A DNA stretch of 64,000 nt from Tubulanus polymorphus (taxonomy: Eukaryota > Animalia > Nemertea), in contig NC_134031.1 of the NCBI RefSeq assembly GCF_964204645.1, forward strand, positions 2,790,001-2,854,000, written 5' to 3'. This document shows positions 48,236 through 61,600 of the stretch, piece by piece. The translations under genes were made by a program, and so were the position numbers. How positions within the stretch are numbered: position 1 is the first letter of the stretch; each line of letters opens with the position of its first letter. The notes beneath the pieces are model-generated. The model was not told the origin of the DNA and did not search any database. It saw nothing but the letters and a program-made list of their open reading frames with translations.

Positions 48236-51200
48236 AAAAGATTGTTTGAATGAACCGGAACCGAATTACCAATTATGTTCTTGGACTTAAAAAAAAAGAT
48301 CTGTAAGAACGACCGCCGATCACGCAACTATATCTGTACTTCGATTTCCGATTTTGAAAAAAACCGCCGTATCGCTCCCGCCAGGTGTGGTAGGTTTGTA
48401 AGGGACACCAACTCGAAAAGTCAAACGAGAGCTTGAGGTCAACAACTCATCAAAAATCTGCCAATTAGAGAAAACAGTGCACAGAAGCCAACCGACTTAG
48501 GAGATCCTCGTCGATGATGAAACCAGCAATCATAAAAGGTAACTTGATATACATGGAGTTATTACGATGATTTCTAAATATCGTGATTACAGGATATATT
48601 TATTTACTCATTGCAGCTAAGTTTCAACTATAAGAAAGAGACTAGCTTAAAATCGACTACTCATCTGAAATCTACGGATTTGAACAACCCACAGAAGAAT
48701 CAAACTCATTAGATGGAAATTACCGGTATATAGAAATTTCAGGCCTCATATGAATATCATTTGATAAGTGATTATCATCGAAATCTATTTACCTGTCCAC
48801 ATGGCTGATCTTGGAACTTTTATCTTTACTAGTCTTGCACCTTGGAGTAATAAATTTTTCAAATGATTACTCCAAGCTTAAACATTAATGAAATAGTCCT
48901 ACTACTGCAATTATTTATTGGGGTTTAAATCGGCAATTGACGTCAATGAACCTAATTCTGATTTTGGAAATAACTATATTAACTAAGTGAAAAACACGGT
49001 GGCTTGTAATTTGAAATGACATGTAAGTTATGATAAATCTGTCTAAAATGTTTTGCTTTCTTCACTTTGTTTCAGTCAAACTACATCCCGGAAATAATGG
49101 CCTGAAGAAGACACAAGTAGACAAATACCCATTGACCCATTTGCTGATGAAAACTGCAGAAGCCCAGATGAGAAGTTTAGGAGCCAGCGACGGATTAATT
49201 ACTCAATGATGGAATCTTCTACAATTGGTGGTTGATGTCTATAAAACATTTTATCAGGAGCAGCAGAGATGATAGTGCATCTTATAAACACTGATTCGCG
49301 CAGCAAAGACAATGGATTATCTTATAAAATCTGATTCAGGATAAACACCGAAGCAGCAAAGACAATGGTTTATCTCATGAACACTGAGATCTAGCAGCGG
49401 CAAAGACCTCTGTAGTAAAGTTTTGATTTTTTTACTAATATCACCCTTTTTCAGACCAGTCTGATAGGTAACATAGTTTTAAAAATTTACCTGATAGCGT
49501 GGAATGGAGTATGAAAATAGTTGTTGAGTCGAATATTGAAAATAGTTAGATAATTAGTTAGATAATTAGGTTCCTTTGGCCTGAGAAAGGAACTCTACGT
49601 TTGAATATTTCAATATAGAGAAAACTATTTTATAATGAGTTTGTAAAAAGATGTGTCATGTGTTTTGCAATGTGACAGAAATATCCTTCTTAGAGTCTAA
49701 TAAAAGCTAAGCTCCATTTATTCACGATATTGGTCTTTGATCTTAGGTTGATAGATAAGTCGAGTTGGTTAGTCACTAGGAGTAAATGGTCGCGTCAAGC
49801 GCCTAGTTTTGAGTCGTAGGTCTGTTGAGTTAACGCCTAAACTGAGATATAGTTTCAACATGATATTGTAAGTTTTATTGTGCTTACCATAGTTAAACAG
49901 AGTCAACACAGTGGCTTTGCCCTGTAGATAAACTTAAGTTATTGATGTTATCGATTAGTTACCGATTGTATAATTATGTTGATGTTTTCGAAAGTGGAAG
50001 AAAGAACGTCAGAATAGTTAGTATTTAATGCCAAGGTGCTTGAAAGTCGGGGCAAAGTTGGCAAAATTCTAGTTTTCAAGTCAAAGTAATGTTAACGAAA
50101 AAGAAATTAAGAATGATAAATTGATACTCCAAGATTTCTGGTGTGAATCAGTATGTTTCATCTGTAGTTTTAACGCTTTATGTTAGAGACTGTTATTGTA
50201 ATACAGTTCACGTGTTTGTAAATTAGGAACTTACATGATGATTCCTCGATTAAGATATTATTGTTGTGTGAATAAAACAATGTACATTTTCATCATTCAT
50301 GTTGAACCTTTTCAGTTGTTAAGTTTTATAGCAACAATTTCACTTTTATGCTTATCAGTCGTTCATAAAATACTGATTTAATTAAGGCCCTGTTGAAAAT
50401 AGAGGATAACTTGTGGATGCAGTGCTAATTGGTCAATCGTCCAAGCTTTGTTTTGATTATCGGTTTAACCGCGTCTGTGTGGGGCCTGTAATGTCTGGAC
50501 AAGAAGAATTTCCTTTATAATAGTTTGCAGGGTTTGATCTAAGGAATAAATGCCATTCGACCGCAGGGCAAGCATAATATGTAATATCGCCCCCTCAACG
50601 TGCCCTACATGAGCAGTCCGATTGTGACACAATCATCCCTTGCATCGAGTGGGATAAAAGCTTTGAGATATAGAATTACACAAGCCCGGTGGATGAGCGA
50701 TAATGATTACCTACTTGCCCTAATGAAAATATACTTGTCCCGGGCAATTGAACTAGTGCTTAGATCAGACCCTGCTTTATTTCAAATGTAACATTTGTGA
50801 AATAAGCTAGTTGATAATGTTTGAAGAAATCTCTTAAAGACAAGGAAAATTTGGCAATGTTTTTAGTTTTCTTGTAATAAGTAAGATTAATTAGTTAACC
50901 TTACGCTCTCCAGAGTGTGAGTGAATTTGTAGGTGTAATGTATTCATGTTTTTATTCTGAACTGTTTTTAAATAACTCATTAAAAAAACGACATACATGT
51001 TCGTCATTCATGTTAAAACTTTTCAATTGTTCAGTTACGTGTATTGCAACTTTTTCACTGTGGTGCTTTTCAGTGGTTCATAAAATACTATTTTTATTAA
51101 GGTCCTTATGGAAAATGGAGGAGCAAAATAGAGGAGCATTCTCTTGATTAATGAGGATATATGAACAGTATTAATCAGTAAATTGTGCTAGCTATATATG

Positions 51201-52095
51201 GACTCTAAAACCATGGCTTAAATATGTCTATATGGGTCCTGAAATATCTGCACGAGAGCACCTCAAAAAATTATTGAATCTAACTTAATTGTAGATATCT
51301 AAGCAATGAGTTATTACATGTAGTAATTGACCTAGCTGTGTTAAAATTGACAGTTGAACAATATTTATATACTCGATTTATCTCGCTGAATGCATAGAAG
51401 AGAATGCCTCCAAAATACTTTGCATTAAATGTAACATTTGAGAAAATAACCAATTTGATCATGTCTGAAAATCTCTTAAAGACAAGGCAAAGGTGGCAAA
51501 ACTCTAGTTATCTTTTAAAATAATGTTATTGAAAATTAAATCAAAGACTGTTTAAAATCAAAAACGAAATGTTCATGTCAATTGTTCTTCAAACGCGCTG
51601 AATTAAGGTCGTGTCGATTCTAGTTGAGCTTTTTCTTGATAATTAAATGTCATTTGAAAAGTTGACACGGTAGATTCATATTTCATGAAATATAACAAAG
51701 TGTCGGTTATATTGACCTCATGAATTGTCAAATTCATAATCTTAGACTTTCAGACTAGTCCAATTTTCTGTGTTTTATGGATAAAAGTTTATAATTCTTT
51801 GTGTATTTTTGTTATTTTCCTATTGATGCAAATTGTATAAAATCAGTAGTAGTGGAGATGTATTGTATATTAAAACTTCGAAATACTTTACATGTTACTT
51901 TTGTGGTTTAGAGTTATTACAATTTCATTCATAGTAATAGAAATAAAATTACTATTAAAATTTGAGAAAATAAGCTAAAAGTTAATAATATGATATGTGA
52001 AAATAAAATGATGTAAAAATGTAAATCAGATTGATTACTTAATCCTACGCTTTCAAGAGTATTTGGCCAGGTTTATCTCTGGTTTTAGTGCGGGG

Positions 52096-52205
52096 AGCCA
52101 TGGACTCGAGAGTCCATGGTTGTAGGCCATAGACGTTTCTGTTTTAGATTCTATGGTTGGACCATGGATGTATAAACTCTAGTTTATAGTTTATACATCC
52201 ATGGT
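52096..52205. repeat. Three consecutive short palindromes with CCATRG...CYATGG ends
   Basis: AGCCATGGACTC.GAGTCCATGGTT (52096-52121), GGCCATAGA...TCTATGGTT (52125-52158), ACCATGGATGTATAAACT...AGTTTATACATCCATGGT (52161-52205). Confidence 0.8.
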
Positions 52206-52923
52206 TGTACTGTTTTTGAAATACAGTCCACGTGTTTGAGGAGCTTACGTTATAATTCCTCGAGCACAAACCTGGCATTTTGTATGATTGTTGTACACTG
52301 TATGAGAATAAATATGATTGAAATTCTTTATCTGTTTAGCTACTCTGTCTGCACTTTGTTAGTTCACCAGTCAGTGGTTTTTTGTTATCTTGCAATCCAC
52401 CTCTTTTTTCAAACCAATATTCCCACCAACATTGTGCGGAGACGAGGATGTCCGGAAAACATGATAATCGAATATTGGCAATACAGCTTACCTTCAACCC
52501 GGACACACTAACACTTGTTGACCGGTTAGAAGCGAGTGTTGAGCTGCCGAAGAGTAATTACGAAATAAGCAATCTTTTTGATTGTCACTAAAGCCATCGG
52601 GGGCGGATCCAGACCGTATTGCCCAATACATTGTTCGTACGGTCTAAAATTTAAGTGCCCTTCGGCAATATTTTGTGACGGCATATATATTTCACCACCC
52701 GCTAATTTGATATTTCCACTGATGATCGGTTTGATTTTTATATACAGAAGCAGAGTCCTGAATAGTTAACTTTGCCTTTAAAAGTGGCACCCAGTATCCT
52801 TCTTTTGGTGTTAACATTACATGATTAATTACATGAGATTTGTGTTTCTCTTGTAAAAATCATTGTTTTTATTTTCTTCATGCTTTCGGTAAATATAGCC
52901 GATGACCTCCTGATCGTCTCTAA

Positions 52924-53716
52924 GGTTCGAACCCAGTAATTAATTTTACTGATACTGATTCAGAGTGGTCCTGATGCTGAATAGAGGATGTACAGGGATG
53001 TCCCGGGTTCAAACCCATCAATTACTGTGATTCAGAGTTGTCGTGATGGATAAAGGATGAACAGGGGTGTCCCAGGTTCGAACACAGTAATTAATGATAC
53101 TGATTCAGAGTTGTCCTGACGTTGAATAGAGGATGTACAGGGGTGTCCAGACCGTACAGTGCTGCCGCTATGCTCATCGTTAGCGGGATTTTCATACACT
53201 AACTAAAGTCAACTCTGGCAATCGACGTGCTGTCTCCGTGACCTTAGCTTGCCAGAGTTGACTAACGTTAGTGTATAAAAATCCCGCTAACGATGAGCGT
53301 AGAGACAGCACCGTACGGTAAAATGTTGATATCTTAACAAAAGTAATTACTGATAACTGATTCAGGACACCCCTGTACAACCTCTATATATTCAGCATCA
53401 GGACCACTCTGAATCAGCATCAGTAATTACTGGGTTCGAACCCGGGACACCCCTGTACATCCTCAATTCAGCATCAGGACCACTCTGAATCAGTATCAGT
53501 AATTACTGGGTTTGAACCCGGGACACCCCTGTACATTCTCTATTCAGCATCAGGACCACTCTGGGTCAGTATCAGCAATTACTGGGTTTGAACGAGTGGC
53601 CCTGATGCTTAATGGAGGATGTACCGGGGTGTCCCGGGTTCGAACCCAGTAATTACTGATGCTGATTCAGAGTGGTCCTGATGCTGAATATACAGAAGAT
53701 GTACAGGGGTGTCCTG
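52924..53716. repeat. ~76-bp satellite with orientation switches (+,+,+ / hairpin / -,-,- / +,+)
   Basis: Unit GGGTTCGAACCCAGTAATTACTGATGCTGATTCAGAGTGGTCCTGATGCTGAATAGAGGATGTACAGGGGTGTCCC: forward 52924-53148, reverse ~53342-53593, forward again to 53716. Confidence 0.85.
53151..53319. mobile_element. 169-bp hairpin element (MITE-like) at the centre of the satellite inversion
   Basis: ACCGTACAGTGCTGCCGCTATGCTCATCGTTAGCGGGATTTT... pairs with ...AAAATCCCGCTAACGATGAGCGTAGAGACAGCACCGTACGGT over ~70 bp. Confidence 0.7.
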
Positions 53717-53945
53717 ATGGCGAATCCTTTCTAGTTTGACACCGTAACGTGGTACATGTATATTGTTCTCATATTCGAGAAGCATGAATTGGTCAGTGGT
53801 GGTCAGTGATGGTCAATTTATGAATTCTCAATATTTATGGCGAATCCTTTCTAGTTTGACACCATAACGCGGTATATAGTTTTCAAATTCAAGGAGTTTG
53901 AATTTGTCGGTGGTGGTCAGTGATGGTCAGTTTATGAATTTGCAA
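53717..53945. repeat. Two tandem ~120-bp copies
   Basis: ATGGCGAATCCTTTCTAGTTTGACACC at 53717 and 53837, each followed by GTGGTGGTCAGTGATGGTCA. Confidence 0.85.
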
Positions 53946-55625
53946 TGATTCTTCAGTAGTTTGAAAACAAACATGACTTGAAAAATTTCCGAAATTCGAA
54001 GTCAAGTGGTCAGACTCGGGGATATCTCAATTGGTCAGTTTCTGACCATCATGGTGTCACCATTGTGGTCTATAGCTCAAATGAAACATGTGGAACCGAC
54101 GAATGGGCCCAAAAGCGTAAGTCATTTCCTGAGTTATGTGATCCAAAAATGCCCTAACTGGAAAAGGCAGTCTCTCAATTGGACGAAACCAAATCGGACA
54201 GGACAATTAAAATTTGGGAAGGCCACAGGCAGTGGTCTTTCTACGAAGCCCACGCGGTGAGCGTATTATTATGAAATCTTTTTTAAACCACCATGTACCA
54301 CGAAGTAATAAGCATCGTTGTAAGCACTTGAAACAGCCATTAACCACTTGAAACTGTCAGATCAAACATCATACCGCATCCCCGCAAAGAGGGGTAGTTC
54401 AGCAAACCGGGGTTTTCATTGGCCTCTCTAGACTACCCCGCCAGTACGGGTAGCCGGAGAGCAAACCGGAAAACTCATAATGCATCAGAGTCGTGAGCCT
54501 CGGGGTGCCCCAGAAACATAGGAAAAGTGCCCATTTTGTAAATGCCAAGCCTTTTTCTGCCTCCAATTCAAACGCTAACCTGGCCCTGCGCCTTTTGGCA
54601 GATGCGGGCGCTGTTATGCCTTGGTCTCGTCACACGTTAGTCTTGAAAACCAGTCCGCTTGTTACGGGTTCCCTACCGCTTTTTGGGGAACGACGGCTAA
54701 AAAAGCCTAGTATTGAAATGAATAATGAACTTAATGTGTTGCCCTTTGCACCGCACGTAAGAGATTGGACGAAAAAACAGCTTAAATGACATTTATCTCA
54801 CTACACACGATAACCAGCCACGATTCAATCATTTTTAAAATTTGACCTAAAATCTGCGAACATTGCACAACGATTTAGAGGTTGAATGTGTAGCAATGAT
54901 CTATAAATACAACACGGCTAAAATAAACAATACGCCGATGTTATGCTATACCGGGTAGCGGGAAAATCCCGACGATCGATTCAATGCACTGACTAATAGA
55001 ACTACACAGTCGCTAAAAAATACTGAAAGGTTTAACGCTTGTGATCTGAATGTGAGTAAAATAAGCCTTGAATATTGTGTTCATTTGCTGTTTTGTAATA
55101 GGTAAAATAGATTGACTTATTGCGTAGAGGTAGATCGAGATTGAGGTAGGCTACTTTCCTTTTTGAAAACGTAGTTCTTTTCCCTTTTTCAGTTAACGCC
55201 TTGTAACGAAATGAATAAATTATGTATATTCGTAATACGATGTAGCTGAAACGAGGTCTAATTAGGAGCTCTTCATTTAAAATGCCCATCCTGTATTTTC
55301 AGATTGAAAGCTAATAATATTTTTGACACCCGTCTTATCAAAATCAAATTTAGAAGCCAGGCCTAGAGGGGAGAATGTTTGTTGACCATTTCCTCTTTGA
55401 CTTTTTGTCCAGATCTTCGCCTAAGGCATTCTTTAATCACAAATTTACTTGTGTTTACTTACAAATGTAATTCTGGACTAACAAACACGGGGCATTGATT
55501 TGAAATTTCAAAAATGATCGTCTTGCCTTCACGTTGGTGAAAATGAAAATGGAAAATCGATCCTGATGATTGATACCTGATGACTGAATCTCTTGGTATT
55601 TCATACTTTAAAGGAGCGTGAACCA

Positions 55626-58600
55626 ATGAATCAAAGGAGAAATGATAGGGGTAACCGAAGGGGAGGTGGAGCGAGGCCTAGGGTGAGAGACAATGGAGAT
55701 GATCTACAAAGAGACCACGGAATGAGAGGCAGAAGACAAGACCAAGGCCGTGGAGGAAGAGGTGGCAGGCAAAAGTACGTGATAACCATCAGGCTCAATT
55801 TCACACAGTTAAAACCTAATGAAAATTAACTTATTCTAGATATCTCAGTTGTATGTTGGCTGATAAGGGCCACGAAAATGTTTCTTAATAGAAAATAATT
55901 TGTCGATTTGAAAAAATGAAATTCCATCAAATTCAAAGCGAAAATAATTTCGTCTAAACTGAATTTTTCGAAAAATGTTCAGAAATGAAAATAACTCCGC
56001 CATTAAGAATAAATCACATTCAAAAATATATGTACCTATAGATATAATTTCGTTATGTTAAATAATCGCCTTCGAAATATATTTGTGAGTAAAAACAATT
56101 CCATCTCAATCGAGATATTTACCCGTCTGAGATATGTTTGCTGTAAAAATAGTTTCGGGGTTTCCCATTTATGCGCGCTTATTGATTGTGCTACAACTGG
56201 GGCAGGTCTGTTTGTAGCATATATCATAAGGTACAATTGATGCAAAATACAATTAAACTGCACAATATTTTGTGAAGGGAGACACTACCAAAAATAGTTT
56301 CAACTATTATATTGATGTAAACTGCAATGGAAAATTCCAGGAGGATTTTTTTAAATCAATGGGAGCAGCTTCATTCACAGTGGTTTAAGCAATAGTTTGG
56401 GCTTTAAATCAATTAAAGAAGGGAGGGCTAATTTGGAATTCCTTGATATTCGTGTCTTGGAGCAGAACCAGATGGGAGCACAAGGAGTATGTGTTGCGTC
56501 ACAATTGTTTCCCTTTTCACGAAAAAATGTCACCTTTCTGCAGCTAAAGAGAGTTTTGGCCCAATATCCTCTTCAACTATTTCTGTGTCACTCAGGTAAG
56601 TGGAAATATCACTGATATTTCGCAATTTTCCAGACCCCAATTTAAGCTTAGCGCCTACAGCACTTGCTTGGTGTGGATACTTGCCCTTTTTAACAGTATG
56701 CTCTTTTCATTTCTTTGTGCTCCTGTCAAAGTCTGCCTCTGGACCCGCCCCTTTTTTGAACAACATTGTCTGGCTATACAGCAGGCAGGCTGTACTTAGG
56801 ACATCGGTAGCACACTGCGTTGTCCAGATCTAATTTCTCTTTATAAATGACCTGTTGTTTCAGTGTTAGAAGACGTGATGATGTGCAGGATGATGAGGAT
56901 GTGATCGACTTGGATCAGCGCGAGCCTGCTTTTCATCAACCGCCACTGAATAAACAATCAAGATTTCGAATTGGATGGAAGAAACTTATGGAATTGAAAG
57001 TAGCCGACCCTCAAGAGATTGTTATTTATTTGAATGGCAATAAAAAAGTATTCACCGAAGATGTTTTAAAGAAAGAGTTGTATAAAGATAAGCCGGACTG
57101 GATACCATTGGTGTTGTCGATTTCACTTAGAGTGTGTGAGGCAACAGCAATACCTGAGAGTGTAATCGAATATCTGACCACTTTGGCCAACTCTGATTTC
57201 ATCAGCAAGAATATGGGCATGCATCTGATGAATATGACAATGGAGAAAAGTGTCGATAGACAAGAAAAGAACAAAGAGACATTGATACTGGCCATCAGAC
57301 TCTTTCAGGAGTTGTTAACACGCGTACCGACCCAAGCTTTTCAAGCTATGTTTGCGATGTCTGCTATGCTCAGTCACATCCTGACATTTCTGCGTATGAA
57401 AACGAATATAGTCGATGAGGAAATTGAATCAGGCGTTGAGCTAGTGCAGAAAATGGTCGAAGATCTTCACCAGAAGGAAGCCGAAGTTGTAAATGAAAAT
57501 ATGAGCAAATGCCGAGTCAGTAATCAACAAAGTGACACTCCACCCGATGACTTTCGCACGGTTTCATTGATTCCACAGCCAAAAGACCTAGATCTGTATG
57601 AAAAACCATTCCTAAGGGCAAATATAGCCCGTGGTCGTTACGATGACGTGGATCATTATCTCGATGTCAACTTTCGTTTATTACGTGAAGATTTTGTCCG
57701 GCCGTTACGTGAAGGTATAAACGATTATTTGAACCCGAGAAGAAATCGTCGCCAGCAACACATCAGAATTTATGAAAATGTACAAATTCTTAATCCAGTC
57801 TGTGGTACTTCTGGATTGAATTATAATATTCGCTTCAAGGCTGACCGATACAAAAATGTAAAATGGGAAACGAGCAAGCGGCTGTTATTTGGCTCATTAG
57901 TTTGTTTGTCGAGGGATAGATTCAAGACTATCGTCTTTGGAACTATTTCAAATCGGGATGTCAAAAAAGGTTTGCCGAAAGGAGAAATTGAGGTTCGATT
58001 TGAGGATTTTCATGATGAAATAACAAAGGCCATTCGGAATGCGGAGTACATATACACCATGGTGGAAACGTCAGCATACTATGAGGCCTACCGCCATGTC
58101 CTAATGGGACTTCAACGTATTGAGAATCTGCCTTTCGAAAAGCATATTGTAAGATGTGAGCCCGATATTAAGCCACCGAGGTACATGAATAGAAATACCG
58201 AATATGACATGACAAGTCTATTGACGGAAGATAATAAAGCTCATATGGTTTCTATGTATACTGGGCAGTATAACATTAGACCTCTTGATGATAGAAATTG
58301 GCCTACACCTGAAAAGATTGGATTAGATCAGTCTCAATGGGATGCCTTGAAGCTTGCACTTACAAAGGAGATTGCAATTATACAAGGCCCACCTGGTACT
58401 GGAAAAACATACATTGGCTTAGAACTGGTTAAAGTTTTACTTGATAATGCAAACGTGTGGCGGAACAACGTCGAGAATGAAACCATAAAACATCCAATAC
58501 TTATTGTGTGTTACACAAACCACGCACTAGATCAGTTCCTTGAAGGAATTCAAAAATTCAACAACACGGGTATAGTGCGTGTTGGTGGACGGTGCAACAG

Positions 58601-61600
58601 TCCTTCATTGGAAAAATATTTGCTGAAGAACTTGAAACACCGTCTCCGCGAAAATAGAGAGGTTCCCCGTGCTGTTTTTGTTGGACAGCAACAGGTTGTT
58701 GAAGACATGCGTTTTCTAGAAGATGAAATTGCAGATGCTGCTAAGAAAATAGCGCTAGTTGAGGAAGGAATACTTCACGAAAAGGTGCTTGAACACTGTG
58801 TACCTCCAATGTTGTACGAGCAGTTACTAGATGGGCCTGATAACGACGTTGACCTAGAGGCCTGCATGATGAAAGAATGGCTAGGCTATGGGACAGTGCC
58901 AATCTTTGACCAAAGGAGAGATGGTGTGGTTGAAATGGAAGTTGACGAAGAACAAATTGATGATAACGAGGAGGAAGGTGTAGATATTGATGATGAAGCT
59001 AATATGCTCGAGAGACAACGGATTATAGACGAACTTAGAGCTGAAGACTTTTTCCCCGTCCAAGAGAGACATACAGAAAGAACAGTCGACACAAGTATCC
59101 TGGGTCTGAAAATGGATGAAATCCAGAATCAGCAACGAGCCGACAATGGGTGGCAAGTCCAAGGTAAATCAAGATCGCAAATTCAACATCATTTGAAACG
59201 ACAGTTGCAATCACAGGATATTATGACTGATGCTCAAGTAAATCGTGTTCGATCTCTCTGGCGGCTCCCAATCGCAGAAAGGTGGAGGATGTATCGGTCA
59301 TTTGTGCAGAAATTCATTAAAGCAAGCAATGATCAATCCAATGAATTACAACTGAAGTACAGCCAAGCGGCAGAGAGAATGAAAGAAATTACATCTAGAA
59401 CAGACTTGATGATCCTTCAAAATTCTAAGATTATTGGTATGACAACGACTGGCGCTGCTCGTTGTCAAAGACTTCTTCAAGAGATAAAGCCAAAAATTGT
59501 TATCGTTGAAGAAGCTGCAGAGGTTCTGGAGTCACACATCATAACGTCGTTAAGTGAGGGCTGTGAGCACCTAGTATTGATAGGCGATCATAAACAGCTT
59601 CGTCCATCTGCAACTGTTTTTAAACTTGCAAAGAACTACAACCTTGAGATATCGTTCTTCGAACGAATGATCAACAACGAAGTTGAATATAAATGTCTGT
59701 CATATCAGCATCGAATGCGACCTTCCATAGCAGCGATGATGTCGTTCATCTACCCAGAGCTACGCAATCACATTGAAGTTCAATCCTATGAAAATATAAA
59801 AGGCATTGTTTCAAACGTGTTCTTTATAAATCATAAACAACTTGAGGCTACTGAAGATGAACTTCAAAGTCACTACAATGTCCACGAAGCTGAATATATC
59901 TCCAAGCTATGTCGGTACCTGATAATGCAAGGATACAATAGTAATCAAATAACAGTGTTAACTCCATACAGCGGTCAGCTTCACCAACTCAAACGATTCA
60001 TGCCCAAACGAGAATTCGAGGGCGTACGAGTTACATTGGTTGACAATTACCAAGGCGAAGAAAACGACATTATTCTTTTGTCGCTGGTAAGATCAAACAA
60101 AAATGGCTCGATCGGATTTTTGAAAATAGAGAATCGAGTCTGTGTTGCACTGTCTCGTGCGAAAAAAGGATTGTACGTCATCGGAAATATTGACCATCTG
60201 GCACTTCACAGTGAACTATGGAGTAAGATATATAACCATGTTCAAAAAGAGCGCATATGTGGGCCGGCATTGGAATTATATTGTCAAGTCCATCCGGAAG
60301 AAGCCCACATCATGGCTAAAGATCCAAGTGACTTCTTTAAGGCACCTGAAGGTGGATGTATGAGGCCTTGTGACTTTCGTTTACAGTGTGGTCACCAATG
60401 CCCAAAGCCATGCCACATAAGGGACAAAGACCACACAAAATATATTTGTCGAAAACCTTGCCAGAAGGTCATATGCGACAGAGGTCACAGGTGTACAGGA
60501 ACTTGTGCTGAAAACTGTAAACCATGCAAGAAACCTGTGGAAAAACAACTTCTGTGTGGCCACAAAAAAGTTGCTGAATGCAATCTAGAACCGAAATTTG
60601 TAAAATGCTCAGAATTCTGTAGAAGAAAACTCGATTGTGGGCATGAATGCCAGAAATTCTGTAGTCAACCATGTTCAGATACTAGAGAATGTACAAAAAA
60701 AGTTGCTAAAACATGGCCATGTGGACACAAACACAGCGTACCATGTAATACGAATGTGCTCAACAAACCTTGTCCTACAAAATGCAAAGCTGGTCTTCAG
60801 TGCGAACACCAATGCGATGGAACCTGTGGCACTTGTTGGCAAAGTAGAATCCATATCCCCTGTAAGAGTAAATGCCAACGGTCACTTGTATGCGGACATT
60901 TATGCAAGGTTTCCTGTACAAAGCATTGTCCTCCTTGTACTGATAAATGCAGAAACAGGTGTATGCATAGCAAGTGTCAGAAGTTATGTGGAGCCAAATG
61001 CGTGCCATGTAATGAACCATGTACCTGGTTTTGCAAGCATTACAAATGTACAAAATTGTGCCACGAATTGTGCAATAGACCGCAGTGCAACGAACCTTGC
61101 AAGAAGCGGTTGAGAAAGTGCGGCCATCCGTGCATTGGACTATGCGGAGAGCCATGTCCAAAGCTCTGCAGGATTTGTAATAAGGATGAAGTGCAGGAGA
61201 TTTTCTTTGGCTCAGAAGATGAACCGGATACAAGATTCGTTCAACTGGATGATTGCGGTCATGTATTGGAAGTGGAAGGATTGGATAGGTGGATCAGTCA
61301 AGGTGGCTCAACTGAGGCTAACAGCCGAGTAATTCAATTACCATCGTGCCCAAAATGTAAAACTCCCATACAGCAACACCTTAGGTATGGAAATATCATC
61401 AAGGAAAAGGTTTCTCTGATTGAACGAGTGAAGGAAAGGATTTTGGGTGCAGAGGCCGAGAAACAACAAACTGTTAATCGATTGCTCCGTGAATTGAATA
61501 CAGTTGACTTCAAAAGGTTTGCCGATCGAGAAAACATGAAGGACGTTTTGAATGGTGAGATGATTACCTTGCATCAAATCAATGTTATTCACAACCAATT

